Positions 1-8,414 of a DNA stretch of 38,966 nt are shown piece after piece. The stretch is from positions 1-38,966 of the forward strand of contig JAQUFK010000001.1 of assembly GCA_028684695.1 (NCBI GenBank). Direction: 5' to 3'. The translations under genes were made by a program, and so were the position numbers. Position 1 is the stretch's first letter; every line of letters begins with the position of its first letter. The notes beneath the pieces were generated by a model. The model did not search any database. It had not been told where the DNA came from and worked only from the letters and a program-made list of their open reading frames with translations. The stretch is from Methanosarcinaceae archaeon. Lineage in GTDB: Archaea; Halobacteriota; Methanosarcinia; Methanosarcinales; Methanosarcinaceae.

Positions 1-87
1 CTCTTCCGATCTCATTTTACCAAAGCTCTCATGCTTGCAAGTGCGCTTGCTCAGCTGAAAAAGGAAAGAAAAGAGGCGATGAATTGA
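1..87 (+). CDS. 3' end of an upstream CDS (last 28 codons, ...LAQLKKERKEAMN*); possibly the MtxX-type partner of the next two genes
   Basis: Frame 1 is open from the window edge to the TGA at 85-87. That stop overlaps the TTG start of the next gene (TTGA), suggesting translational coupling. Identity is inferred only from context. Confidence 0.35.
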   Translation, partial: LFRSHFTKALMLASALAQLKKERKEAMN

Positions 88-689
88 AGAGGCTTGCGGA
101 AAACTGGCCGCTTTTAAAAGGGGATTATACTATAGGAGAGCCGACTTCAAGGCTTGCAGTCGTAACTCTTGCAAGCGAGCTTAAAGCCTCCCCAGAGGCT
201 GCAATCTGGGGCAGTGCAAAAACCGAAAACCTTGGCGTTGAAAAATTAGTCGTAAACGTTATTTCAAATTCGAATATTAGATATGTTCTGGTTTGCGGAA
301 CCGAGTCCCGGGGCCACCTGGCAGGCCATTCTCTGCTTGCGCTTCACGCAAACGGAATCGATGCAAAAGGCCGAATTATTGCATCGGAAGGGGCAATTCC
401 TTTTATAGAAAATATTTCAAATGAGGCTATAAAACGCTTCCAGCGCCAGGTAAGTATGCTTGATCGGATAGGGCTTATTGAACCCGAAAAAATCCAAAAA
501 ATCGTGGAGAAATATAAAGCTCTTGGAGAACCTTATCCGGAAGAGCCGATGCTTGCCTGCCCTCCGAAAAAAAGGCCGAATCCAAGCTTGATTGAAGGTC
601 CTGTACAAGGAGACATCTTAATTTCTAAGGATTTTGTAATGGATGCGGCTTCAGGACTTATCTGCTCGACTTGTGAAAAAGAGTATTGA
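84..689 (+). CDS. mtxA: MtrA-like corrinoid protein without membrane anchor (Mtx-type paralogue of tetrahydromethanopterin S-methyltransferase subunit A)
   Basis: 201-aa ORF with an MtrA-like core (GDYTIGEP..LAVVTL, TENLGVEKL, RYVLVCGTESRGHLAGHSLLALHANG). The C-terminus is polar with no TM helix. GAGG lies 7 nt before the TTG start. Confidence 0.75.
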   Translation: MKRLAENWPLLKGDYTIGEPTSRLAVVTLASELKASPEAAIWGSAKTENLGVEKLVVNVISNSNIRYVLVCGTESRGHLAGHSLLALHANGIDAKGRIIASEGAIPFIENISNEAIKRFQRQVSMLDRIGLIEPEKIQKIVEKYKALGEPYPEEPMLACPPKKRPNPSLIEGPVQGDILISKDFVMDAASGLICSTCEKEY

Positions 690-707
690 ATTCTCGAGGA
701 CTAAAAA

Positions 708-1640
708 ATGTTCAGGTTTCAAAAGGAACAGGAAATCGTAAATATTGCAGGCGTAAAAGTGGGAGGTCAACCTGGAGAGCTTCCGACCGTGCTTGCAGGA
801 ACCATATTTTATAATAAGCACGAAATTGTAGAGGATGCGGCAAAAGGCCTTTTTGACAAGCAAAAAGCTGAAAAGGTTCTTAATCTGCAGGAAAACGCCT
901 CAGATGAGACAAAAAATCCCCAAATGGTTCATATCTACGGGACAACCCCAGAAAGTATCTGCCGCTATATCGATTTTGTTGCCGAAGTTTCGGACGCTCC
1001 TTTTCTAATTGATTCTTCCGAAGGACAAGTCCGGGCACATGCAGCCCGGTATGTAAGTGAAATAGGGCTTTCCGATCGAGCGGTCTATAACTCAATTAAT
1101 ATGAGCATAAGTGAAAGCGAGCTTAAAGCCCTTGCCGAATCCGAACTTGACAGTTCCATTATTCTTGGATTTAATGCGATGGATTCCTCTCTTCAGGGGA
1201 GGATGGCCATGCTCGAGGAAGGAGCAAACCTGCTTGACCGGGGACTCCTTTCGATTGCAGAGGAATGCGGAATCGTCAACAAGTTGATTGATCCAAGTAT
1301 TACTCCCCTGGGCGATGGTGCAGGAGTGGCTCTCAGAATGACCCTTACTGCAAAAGCAAAATGGGGGCATCCAACTGGCTCTGGCATTCATAATGCCCCC
1401 TCGGCCTGGAGTTGGCTTCAGAAGAAAAAAGAAAAAGACCCGCTCCTCTACAAAATTTGCGACATAGGCTCAACCTGCCTCCAGCAAGCCGCAGCTGGAG
1501 ACTTTATCCTCTATGGCCCAATAGAAAATGCTCCTTATATATTTCCAATGGCTGCAATGGGGGATATTATGATTGCAGAAGCCGTAAGAGATCTCGGCAT
1601 CGAACCTTCGACAAAACATCCCTTCAATGTTTTGGTCTAA
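708..1640 (+). CDS. mtxH: MtrH-like pterin-binding methyltransferase (Mtx-type paralogue of subunit H)
   Basis: 310-aa ORF whose N-terminus MFRFQKEQEIVNIAGVKVGGQPGELPTVLAGTIFY is typical of MtrH. GAGGA lies 7 nt before the ATG, and the gene starts 18 nt after the preceding gene. Confidence 0.8.
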   Translation: MFRFQKEQEIVNIAGVKVGGQPGELPTVLAGTIFYNKHEIVEDAAKGLFDKQKAEKVLNLQENASDETKNPQMVHIYGTTPESICRYIDFVAEVSDAPFLIDSSEGQVRAHAARYVSEIGLSDRAVYNSINMSISESELKALAESELDSSIILGFNAMDSSLQGRMAMLEEGANLLDRGLLSIAEECGIVNKLIDPSITPLGDGAGVALRMTLTAKAKWGHPTGSGIHNAPSAWSWLQKKKEKDPLLYKICDIGSTCLQQAAAGDFILYGPIENAPYIFPMAAMGDIMIAEAVRDLGIEPSTKHPFNVLV

Positions 1641-1843
1641 AAGAGCTCAACTTGGCCAAAATAGATCTTAGAATAAAAGGTTCGGAAAAACTCTTAGAAA
1701 TTCAGTTTCCATAAGTATTTACTGGAACAAATAAAAATATCAGTAGAATTTTCCGGAATTTAAATTTCATTCCGGAACTAAGCTTTTATTTCAGGGTTCC
1801 GAAACATATTCGGAGTTTTATTGAAAATTAGGGAGAGTAGAGC

Positions 1844-2200
1844 TTGGCTATCATTAAGAATAAGACCCATCACACAATCCGTTTTGTAGCTTATCGGGCT
1901 GACGGGACCGAGATGCACCAGAAAGCGACTAAAATCCCTCCGAACCAGAGCCGTTATGTTAGCAGGGACTATGCAGGAGATATTGATTGGTTTTTGATAA
2001 CGGCTTTTTTACCCGAAAGCACAATTCAGGATCATGTTGACGTGGATATCCTGCCAGCCGTTCGGGAGGGAGATGATGCGCTTGCCTTTGCAAAGGTAGG
2101 AGTAGAGGAAAAATTCGTGCTTGTTGAAGACTCCGAAAAAAAAGAGTTTCACCTTTACCGAGATGAAGAGGAACCCGAAGGGGAAATTCATGGCTGGTAA
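1844..2200 (+). CDS. hypothetical protein (118 aa, acidic C-terminus)
   Basis: ORF with GGGAGAG 6 nt before a TTG start. No recognisable motif. Confidence 0.45.
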   Translation: MAIIKNKTHHTIRFVAYRADGTEMHQKATKIPPNQSRYVSRDYAGDIDWFLITAFLPESTIQDHVDVDILPAVREGDDALAFAKVGVEEKFVLVEDSEKKEFHLYRDEEEPEGEIHGW

Positions 2201-2216
2201 AGAGGAGTTTCAAGTT

Positions 2217-2381
2217 TCAAAATTTTGAATTTTTCGGCTTTCCTCTTGTTCCCTGAGTACAGGATAGGCACATGCCTCTTTTTTGATCCATACACTGGCC
2301 GCACACAAGTTTTCCGCATAAAGGACAGGTATAAAGCTTAGCTGCCCTCCCGCAAATCGCACAAATTCCCATAACTTCCAT
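2217..2381 (-). CDS. small zinc-ribbon/zinc-finger protein, 54 aa, four CxxC pairs
   Basis: Hand translation gives MEVMGICAICGRAAKLYTCPLCGKLVCGQCMDQKRGMCLSCTQGTRGKPKNSKF*. AGGAGG lies 7 nt upstream of the ATG at 2381. Below the ORF-track cutoff. Confidence 0.65.
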   Translation of the reverse strand: MEVMGICAICGRAAKLYTCPLCGKLVCGQCMDQKRGMCLSCTQGTRGKPKNSKF

Positions 2382-2551
2382 AAACCAGCCTCCTAAAAAG
2401 TAATGGAATTTAATGGAATAACATAAATTTCGTATCCTTTACTATTTTGGGCTTAAAGTCCAAGTTTTTCGGCTTCAGAAAAACTTTAGAAAAAGGAGGA
2501 AAGGGCTGGCCCAAAACCCGACCTGCTTTTCCATAAAAGAGGCTTTTCTTG

Positions 2552-2560
2552 AAAAAAAAA
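2552..2560 (-). terminator. oligo-T (T9) archaeal-type terminator after ilvD
   Basis: Nine consecutive A on the + strand (T9 on the coding strand), 7 nt after the ilvD stop. Confidence 0.5.
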
Positions 2561-2567
2561 GATTTAT

Positions 2568-4229
2568 TCAGTCTACGATCCCGCCAGTATTTGCAGAATG
2601 AACTCCGCGCTGGTAGCGGGAAAGATAGCCTCCAACTTCCTTTTTCAGGGGAACAAAAGAGGCTTTTCTCATTTCGATTTCAGCTTCCGGAACTTTTAGG
2701 TTTAGAATCCTGTTTGGAATATCGATCTCGATCAGATCCCCTTCCTTGACAAGCCCAATAGGCCCCCCTTCCAGAGCTTCGGGAGAGACATGTCCAATGC
2801 AAGGCCCTCGGGTTCCGCCTGAAAATCTTCCATCAGTAATCAGAGCTACGGAATCAATCAAACCCATGCCTGCAATAGCGGAAGTTGGAGAGAGCATTTC
2901 TCGCATGCCTGGACCTCCTTTCGGCCCTTCGTAGCGGATGACTATAACATCTCCTGACTGGATCCGACCTTCCATAATCCCTTCCATGGCCTCTTCCTCA
3001 CTTTCAAAAACGCGGGCAGGCCCTGTGTGAACAAGCATTTTAGAATCCACTGCCGTTTGCTTGACTACAGCTCCATCTGGAGCCAGACTGCCTTTTAGGA
3101 CTGCAATTCCTCCTTCTACATGAACCGGATTTTCAAGAGTGCTTATAAGTTTTTCATGGAGTTTGGGATTGAGAACAACAAAGGCTTTAAGGTTTTCCTT
3201 AAGGGTTTTTCCGGTCACGCTAAGCTCATCTCCATGAAGTTTCGGAGCAAGTTTTTCAAGGATGGCCTGAACTCCACCAGCTCTATCAAAGTCGAGCATG
3301 AAATTTGGCCCGCCCGGACGAAGAGAGATTAAATGAGGCGTTGTCCTGCTCAGCGTATCAAAGGTTTCAAGAGGCAACTCAAGCCCGAATTCGTGGGCCA
3401 AAGCCGGAAGATGCAGGGCTGTATTTGTACTTCCTCCAACTGCCATGTCTACCATGATAGCGTTTTCAAAAGATTTTCGGGTTACGATTTTTCTGGGAGT
3501 TAGGTTTTCTTCGACCAGCCCGACGATGCGTTCTCCGGACTCTTTGGCAAGCCTGGTCTTTTTTGCATCCACCGCGTGAGCTGTTGCACACCCAGGAAGA
3601 CTTAGCCCAAGGGCCTCGGTCACACAGGCCATAGTGTTTGCTGTAAACATACCTGCACAGGAGCCTGCTCCGGCACAGGAAAAACTCTCAAGTCTTGCGA
3701 GTTCGGCTTCGGAAAGCTTGCCTGCCTGGTAAGCTCCAACGCCTTCGAAAACAGATATAAGGTCTGTATACTCGTCGTTTACGTAACCTGGGAGCATGGG
3801 ACCTCCAGTTACAACGATTGCCGGAATATCGAGCCTTCCTGCAGCCATGATATGAGCAGGCACGATTTTATCACAAGCAGGAATCAAAACGAGCCCATCA
3901 AACTGATGAGCTTTGATCATTAACTCGATTGTATCTTCGATAACTTCTCTGCTTGGAAGAGAATATTTCATGCCTTCGTGTCCCATGGCTATCCCGTCGC
4001 AGACCCCTATTGTATGTAATTCGAAAGGCACTCCTCCCGCATTTCGGATTCCAGCCTTCACAGCTTCGGCAAGTTTGTCCAGATGAATATGCCCTGGGAT
4101 GATGTCACTCCAGGAGTTGACAACCGCAATAAACGGCCTTTTCATTTCGGCATCCGTAATTCCCGTCGCTTTTAAGAGAGAGCGGTTTGGAGTCCGTTCA
4201 AGTCCTTTTTTGGCTCTGTCACTTCTCAT
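2568..4229 (-). CDS. ilvD: dihydroxy-acid dehydratase
   Basis: Family motifs are present ([42 protein letters not shown]). I place the start at [19 protein letters not shown] (ATG at 4229), which has AGGAG 8 nt upstream. The track ORF extends to 4298. Confidence 0.93.
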   Translation of the reverse strand: MRSDRAKKGLERTPNRSLLKATGITDAEMKRPFIAVVNSWSDIIPGHIHLDKLAEAVKAGIRNAGGVPFELHTIGVCDGIAMGHEGMKYSLPSREVIEDTIELMIKAHQFDGLVLIPACDKIVPAHIMAAGRLDIPAIVVTGGPMLPGYVNDEYTDLISVFEGVGAYQAGKLSEAELARLESFSCAGAGSCAGMFTANTMACVTEALGLSLPGCATAHAVDAKKTRLAKESGERIVGLVEENLTPRKIVTRKSFENAIMVDMAVGGSTNTALHLPALAHEFGLELPLETFDTLSRTTPHLISLRPGGPNFMLDFDRAGGVQAILEKLAPKLHGDELSVTGKTLKENLKAFVVLNPKLHEKLISTLENPVHVEGGIAVLKGSLAPDGAVVKQTAVDSKMLVHTGPARVFESEEEAMEGIMEGRIQSGDVIVIRYEGPKGGPGMREMLSPTSAIAGMGLIDSVALITDGRFSGGTRGPCIGHVSPEALEGGPIGLVKEGDLIEIDIPNRILNLKVPEAEIEMRKASFVPLKKEVGGYLSRYQRGVHSANTGGIVD

Positions 4230-4485
4230 TGAATAATCTCCTGATGATCTGAAAATGTATAATAGAGAAAAAACGTCCTGGTATAAAACAGGTCTCATAC
4301 GGAGGGATTTCTATATGGATTTTCAGCCTTTTCCTCTTTTGCTCCCTTTGTCCCTTTTATTCCCCATACCTTCTTTGCTTCTTTCCTTCATCTGGCTTTT
4401 CATTAAATTTTCATTAAATTCCTGTAAATTCTGCCGAAAACTCTTATCCATATTAGGATAAAAAATACAATTATTTACACTAAAG

Positions 4486-4600
4486 GGATAATCCATTTTT
4501 AAAATCCCAATATTTATATATCTCTTTAGAATATTACATATTGCAAGCGAAATTTGTGAACGGGCTTACTTTACAAGATCACACACATTCCCAACAATTA
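4486..4600. promoter_or_regulatory. conserved upstream module, copy I (aaaggga..aatcccaatatttatata .. atttgtgaa .. ttcccaacaatt)
   Basis: The 18-nt string at 4503-4520 is identical to 35317-35334. Collinear 9-nt and 11-nt matches follow at 4552-4560 and 4589-4599. It contains the TATA consensus TTTATATA. Confidence 0.5.
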
Positions 4601-4698
4601 AAATATCTAATTCTACATCCTATCAACTAACCCGTTCACTTATTTACCTATTTTATTCATTTGTATTTTACTTATTTAGTTTTCAGAAATTTAGTTTT

Positions 4699-4822
4699 AA
4701 GCCCTCTTTGGTCTGATTTTAACTTTTTGCAAACTAAGCATTTCTACAAGCGGGCAACTTTCTAAACCTATCTATAGGTTTAATAAATATATATAGTGTA
4801 ATATAATATAAATTATTCAAGG
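4699..4822 (+). repeat. direct repeat copy A (about 124 bp)
   Basis: Aligns with 5439-5586. The core gattttaactttttgcaaactaagcatttctacaagcggg matches gatttaactttttgaaaactaagcatttctgcaagcaggg, and both copies share the ends tttaataaaYatatata and attattcaaRg. Confidence 0.7.
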
Positions 4823-5086
4823 CATGTAGAAAATCCTCTTAAAAAATCGATCTTTAAAAATTTGAACTGAATATTCTGATCTGGATATATTGGGCTCTTT
4901 TCAGCATATTTTACTGGAAATTGAGAGTTTTCTACAATCCTGTTGTACAATACAAGTTCTATAAAAGAATTAGATTTTCGCCTACAAAAAAACGTTGAAA
5001 ATTATAATATGCTAGTTACAGATAATAACTCATCAAATGAAGATGTCATAGTATATATAGAACAACTTCATCAATTTATTGATTAA

Positions 5087-5449
5087 TTGAACAGTCTTGG
5101 TATGGTTGTAGAATCTATACAAACTTCAAATGTAACAGTAGTATCTGAAAATAATGTTCTTCCAGCAACCATGTCGGTCAGAATTATTCCACTTAAGGAA
5201 AAAAGGGAACGCATATCAGCTTCAGCTAATGAAAGTCAGCTCAAAAAACTCAATGAAATCTATGGAAAAGATATATCAGTTGGAGAATTCATGGAAGATA
5301 TTTTCCCTGATGTGCAATCAAAAACACCAAAAGATATAGTAAAATTAGATTATAAAACTAAAATGATTTGGCCTGACCCAACATCAACTAATTCCAAGCT
5401 CCTAGGTGAACATGCAGAAATGCATATCTTTTTGTTTCAATCCCTCTAA
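5087..5449 (+). CDS. hypothetical protein (120 aa) in an AT-rich islet
   Basis: ORF only, with a TTG start (an ATG lies 5 codons in). No motif recognised, and its 3' end lies inside repeat copy B. Confidence 0.3.
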   Translation: MNSLGMVVESIQTSNVTVVSENNVLPATMSVRIIPLKEKRERISASANESQLKKLNEIYGKDISVGEFMEDIFPDVQSKTPKDIVKLDYKTKMIWPDPTSTNSKLLGEHAEMHIFLFQSL

Positions 5450-5586
5450 GGTTTGATTTAACTTTTTGAAAACTAAGCATTTCTGCAAGCAGGGCCCTTT
5501 CTAAATATATCATCAGATTTAATAAACATATATAAGTTCTTTGAAGTTTTGGGCTTTAGATTATATTATTTATAAACTATTCAAAG
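5439..5586 (+). repeat. direct repeat copy B (about 148 bp, with about 25 nt extra)
   Basis: See copy A. It spans the convergent 3' ends of ORFs 5087-5449 and 5581-5952. Confidence 0.7.
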
Positions 5587-5952
5587 ATAATAAGCCACGT
5601 AGAAACGGTACATGACCTTGATTTCCTCAAGGGTTTCAGGCTTTGGGATAAAAGGTTCATGCTCAGCAGCATAAACTGTATCCTCAAAGTTTTTAAAAGT
5701 GACTTCGCACCTTATATTTTCAGGAACTTCCCCCTGAAAGGAGTCACATTTTTGGCAGATTTCAAGGCAAAGAGCTTTTACAGCCTCCGGAGAAAAAGAG
5801 GAAGCTTGCTCAGGCCTGTAGTTTACCTCAACCGTAAGCTCTTCTTTGCTTACCAAATCGGCCCAAAAACCGGAAAGATCTGTGTCTTTTAGCCGATAGT
5901 CCTGAATTTCAAAACTCCTTACAATCGTGTTCTTAAGCTTAGTCTCAGACAT
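5581..5952 (-). CDS. hypothetical protein (123 aa)
   Basis: ORF with coding-like composition. No recognisable motif. Confidence 0.4.
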   Translation of the reverse strand: MSETKLKNTIVRSFEIQDYRLKDTDLSGFWADLVSKEELTVEVNYRPEQASSFSPEAVKALCLEICQKCDSFQGEVPENIRCEVTFKNFEDTVYAAEHEPFIPKPETLEEIKVMYRFYVAYYL

Positions 5953-6074
5953 GCTTTGAACTTTGAAAGTGAATATATATAAAATATCTGGGAAAAGCGC
6001 CCACCTTGTCTAAGTTTACAGGCTTTTAGCTTTTTACAATTTAGTTTTTGAAAAAATGTATTACTTGACCCGAT

Positions 6075-6503
6075 TCATTTGGTTTTTACTATATTACATC
6101 CTTTTTTTTCAAGAACAAGGCCCTCAAAGCTACATTTTGTAAGTTTTCTTTTGTAAAAGAGATAGAGAAAAATCTTGAAGAGAGCATAGATCCTAAAATA
6201 AATGGAAAGCAGAATCGGGGCCCGAAAACCGCTGAGATATACCAGCTTTTTATCATCTCTGCAGGAAGCATCTAGAAACTTTACCACCCCATCAAAATGA
6301 TCTCTTTCAAGAACCGTGCCCTGTGAAAGCCGAGGACCCAGGACTACCACATCTTCTTCCATACCGTCTGGACCTTTTGTGCCTTCAATGAAGCCGTAAT
6401 TAAAAAGAGTTGGCAGAGGAGAAAAAAAGACTTTTTTATAACCGTTTTTGGTTTTGTTGTACTTGAAAAAACTGTATTTTGGAGTTTCGATAAGAATTTT
6501 CAT
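6075..6503 (-). CDS. divergent inorganic-pyrophosphatase-like protein with hydrophobic C-terminal tail
   Basis: Family I PPase-like spacing is present (IETPKYSFFKYN, PTLFNYGFIEGTKGPDGMEEDVVVLG, DASCRDDKKLV), but several metal-binding Asp positions are replaced. The C-terminus ILLSIYFRIYALFKIFLYLFY is hydrophobic. Confidence 0.5.
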   Translation of the reverse strand: MKILIETPKYSFFKYNKTKNGYKKVFFSPLPTLFNYGFIEGTKGPDGMEEDVVVLGPRLSQGTVLERDHFDGVVKFLDASCRDDKKLVYLSGFRAPILLSIYFRIYALFKIFLYLFYKRKLTKCSFEGLVLEKKGCNIVKTK

Positions 6504-6826
6504 AAATAATACTTCCTTTCTAAATAAAAACTCTTTTTGAGAGCTTGGGATTCATTATTTAATTATGCAATTAGTGATAATAAAGATATAAACATATATT
6601 TAAATAAGATTAACAAAGAAACCTCTCGATATTTCTTAGAACTAAGTAGGGCTGGCAGAAAAGCAGTATGAAGATTAAAGATGCGCATCATTGTAGAATT
6701 TGATATATATTCTTACTTATTGCCATTATGCAATCATGCGATTTATTATATTTCCTGAAAATATACTTATTAGTAGTACGCTTTTGCCGGAGCTGAGTTA
6801 AAAAAGTCAAAAAATGATGTGGTTTT

Positions 6827-8293
6827 ATGGCACGAGAAGTTTGGAATACAAGAGTAGGCTTTATCCTTGCGGCGATAGGGTCAGCAGTGGGCCTCGGAAA
6901 CATCTGGAGGTTTAGCTATGCTGCCTACGAAAATGGGGGAGGAGTTTTTCTCATCCCCTATTTCATCGCCCTGCTAACCGCGGGAATCCCTCTTATGATT
7001 CTTGAATTCGGAATGGGAAGCAAGTTCAGAGGAGCGGCTCCCATGGCCTTTAAGAGGGCAAAGCAAGGTTTTGAATCCATTGGCTGGTGGGGAGTGATAA
7101 CCAGTTTTATCATTACAGCGTATTATTCCGTAATCATGGGCTGGAGCTTGGTTTATCTAGTAAAGTCCTTTAACCTTGGCTGGGGCTCAGATACGGTTTC
7201 TTTCTTTTATGATACCCTTTTACAAACCTCTGGGTCCCCTTGGCACTTTGAAGGGTTTGCCCCGAGTGTGCTTGCCGCCCTTGTAGTAGTGTGGTTTTTG
7301 ATATGGATTATTGAAAAGAAAGGCGTGCAAAAAGGAATTGAAAGAGCAAATAAGGTATTCATGCCCCTGCTCTGGATTCTCCTCATTATCCTTGTGTTCA
7401 GAGCTGTCACCCTTCCGGGAGCTCTTAATGGAATTGACTGGTATCTTAAACCTGATTTCAGCAGATTGACTGATTTTGGAGTCTGGCAGGCAGCTTATGC
7501 CCAGGCTTTCTATAGTCTAAGCCTTGGAATGGCAATCATGATTACCTATTCCAGTTATCTTCCAAAGAAAAGTGATATTGTAAATAATGCCTTTATTGTA
7601 AGTCTAGCTGATGGAGCTTTTAGTTTTACGATGGGGTTTGTAGTTTTTGGAACCCTTGGATACATGGCATTTGCTCAGGGAGTTGGAATTGTAGAAGTTG
7701 TAGATCAGGGAATAGGTCTTGCTTTCATGGCCCTTCCAAAAGCTTTGAGCATGCTCCCAGGCCTAAAAGTCCTGACTTCTGCAGCCTTTTTCTTAAGCAT
7801 TTCTGTGGCTGCTCTCTCTTCCCTTATCTCTCTTATAGAAGCTTTTGCTTCAGCTCTGATGGATAAATTTGAGATTGAAAGAGTTCGGGCCGTAAACCTG
7901 ACCATTGCAATCTGCGCTCTTTGCAGCCTGCTCTATGCAACTAAAGCCGGAATCTACTGGCTTGACATCGTAGATCATTTTATTAACTCCTATGGTATGA
8001 TAATCGTAGGAATCTTTGAAACAATTGCAATCGGCTGGATATTCGGAGCTGATAAAATCAGAGCCTGGGTCAACAATTATTCAGACATAAAAGTAGGAGC
8101 CTGGTGGGACCTAGGAATAAAAGTAGTCCTTCCTATTGTGCTTATCTACCTTGTGTATAGTGATACAAAAGCAAACCTTGCAGCTCCCTATGGAGATTAT
8201 CCAATTAGTGCTCTGATGGCAGGCGTTGGAGTAATTGCAATAGGGATGCTTATCTCCGTGCTTATGCCTTTTGTAAAGAGAGAGGTTGAGTAA
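6827..8293 (+). CDS. neurotransmitter:sodium symporter (NSS/SNF) family transporter
   Basis: The N-terminal signature WNTRVGFILAAIGSAVGLGNIWRF is present, in a multi-TM 488-aa protein. Confidence 0.9.
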   Translation: MAREVWNTRVGFILAAIGSAVGLGNIWRFSYAAYENGGGVFLIPYFIALLTAGIPLMILEFGMGSKFRGAAPMAFKRAKQGFESIGWWGVITSFIITAYYSVIMGWSLVYLVKSFNLGWGSDTVSFFYDTLLQTSGSPWHFEGFAPSVLAALVVVWFLIWIIEKKGVQKGIERANKVFMPLLWILLIILVFRAVTLPGALNGIDWYLKPDFSRLTDFGVWQAAYAQAFYSLSLGMAIMITYSSYLPKKSDIVNNAFIVSLADGAFSFTMGFVVFGTLGYMAFAQGVGIVEVVDQGIGLAFMALPKALSMLPGLKVLTSAAFFLSISVAALSSLISLIEAFASALMDKFEIERVRAVNLTIAICALCSLLYATKAGIYWLDIVDHFINSYGMIIVGIFETIAIGWIFGADKIRAWVNNYSDIKVGAWWDLGIKVVLPIVLIYLVYSDTKANLAAPYGDYPISALMAGVGVIAIGMLISVLMPFVKREVE

Positions 8294-8294
8294 A

Positions 8295-8414
8295 ATGCTG
8301 TTTACAAGCAGTCTTTCCACAGGCAGTATCATTATGGCAATCTTTGGGTTTGTGGGCCTCTACGGAGGCCTTGCATTTTTCCTGAGTATAGCCTTAAGAA
8401 AGAAGATGCTCTGA
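8295..8414 (+). CDS. MetS-like small subunit of NSS transporter (39 aa, single TM)
   Basis: Hand translation gives MLFTSSLSTGSIIMAIFGFVGLYGGLAFFLSIALRKKML*. It starts 1 nt after the transporter's stop codon. Below the ORF-track cutoff. Confidence 0.6.
   Translation: MLFTSSLSTGSIIMAIFGFVGLYGGLAFFLSIALRKKML

Noticed and set aside
4230-4298. Upstream extensions of ilvD (to 4298), the RimK-like gene (19277-19348), the AGCS transporter (35912-36010) and purE (to 15010)
   Set aside because: In each case an internal ATG with a well-spaced SD motif coincides with the conserved family N-terminus. The extra residues are not family-like.
4255-4461. 68-aa ORF in the ilvD upstream region
   Set aside because: It is encoded by a pyrimidine-rich tract, giving L/P/F-rich low-complexity translation. 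It has no SD motif and overlaps the ilvD promoter region.
4555-4639. 9-bp inverted repeat gtgaacggg ... cccgttcac with a 67-nt loop
   Set aside because: The stem is short relative to the loop, and the left arm overlaps the atttgtgaa box already explained by the shared module. There is no independent support.
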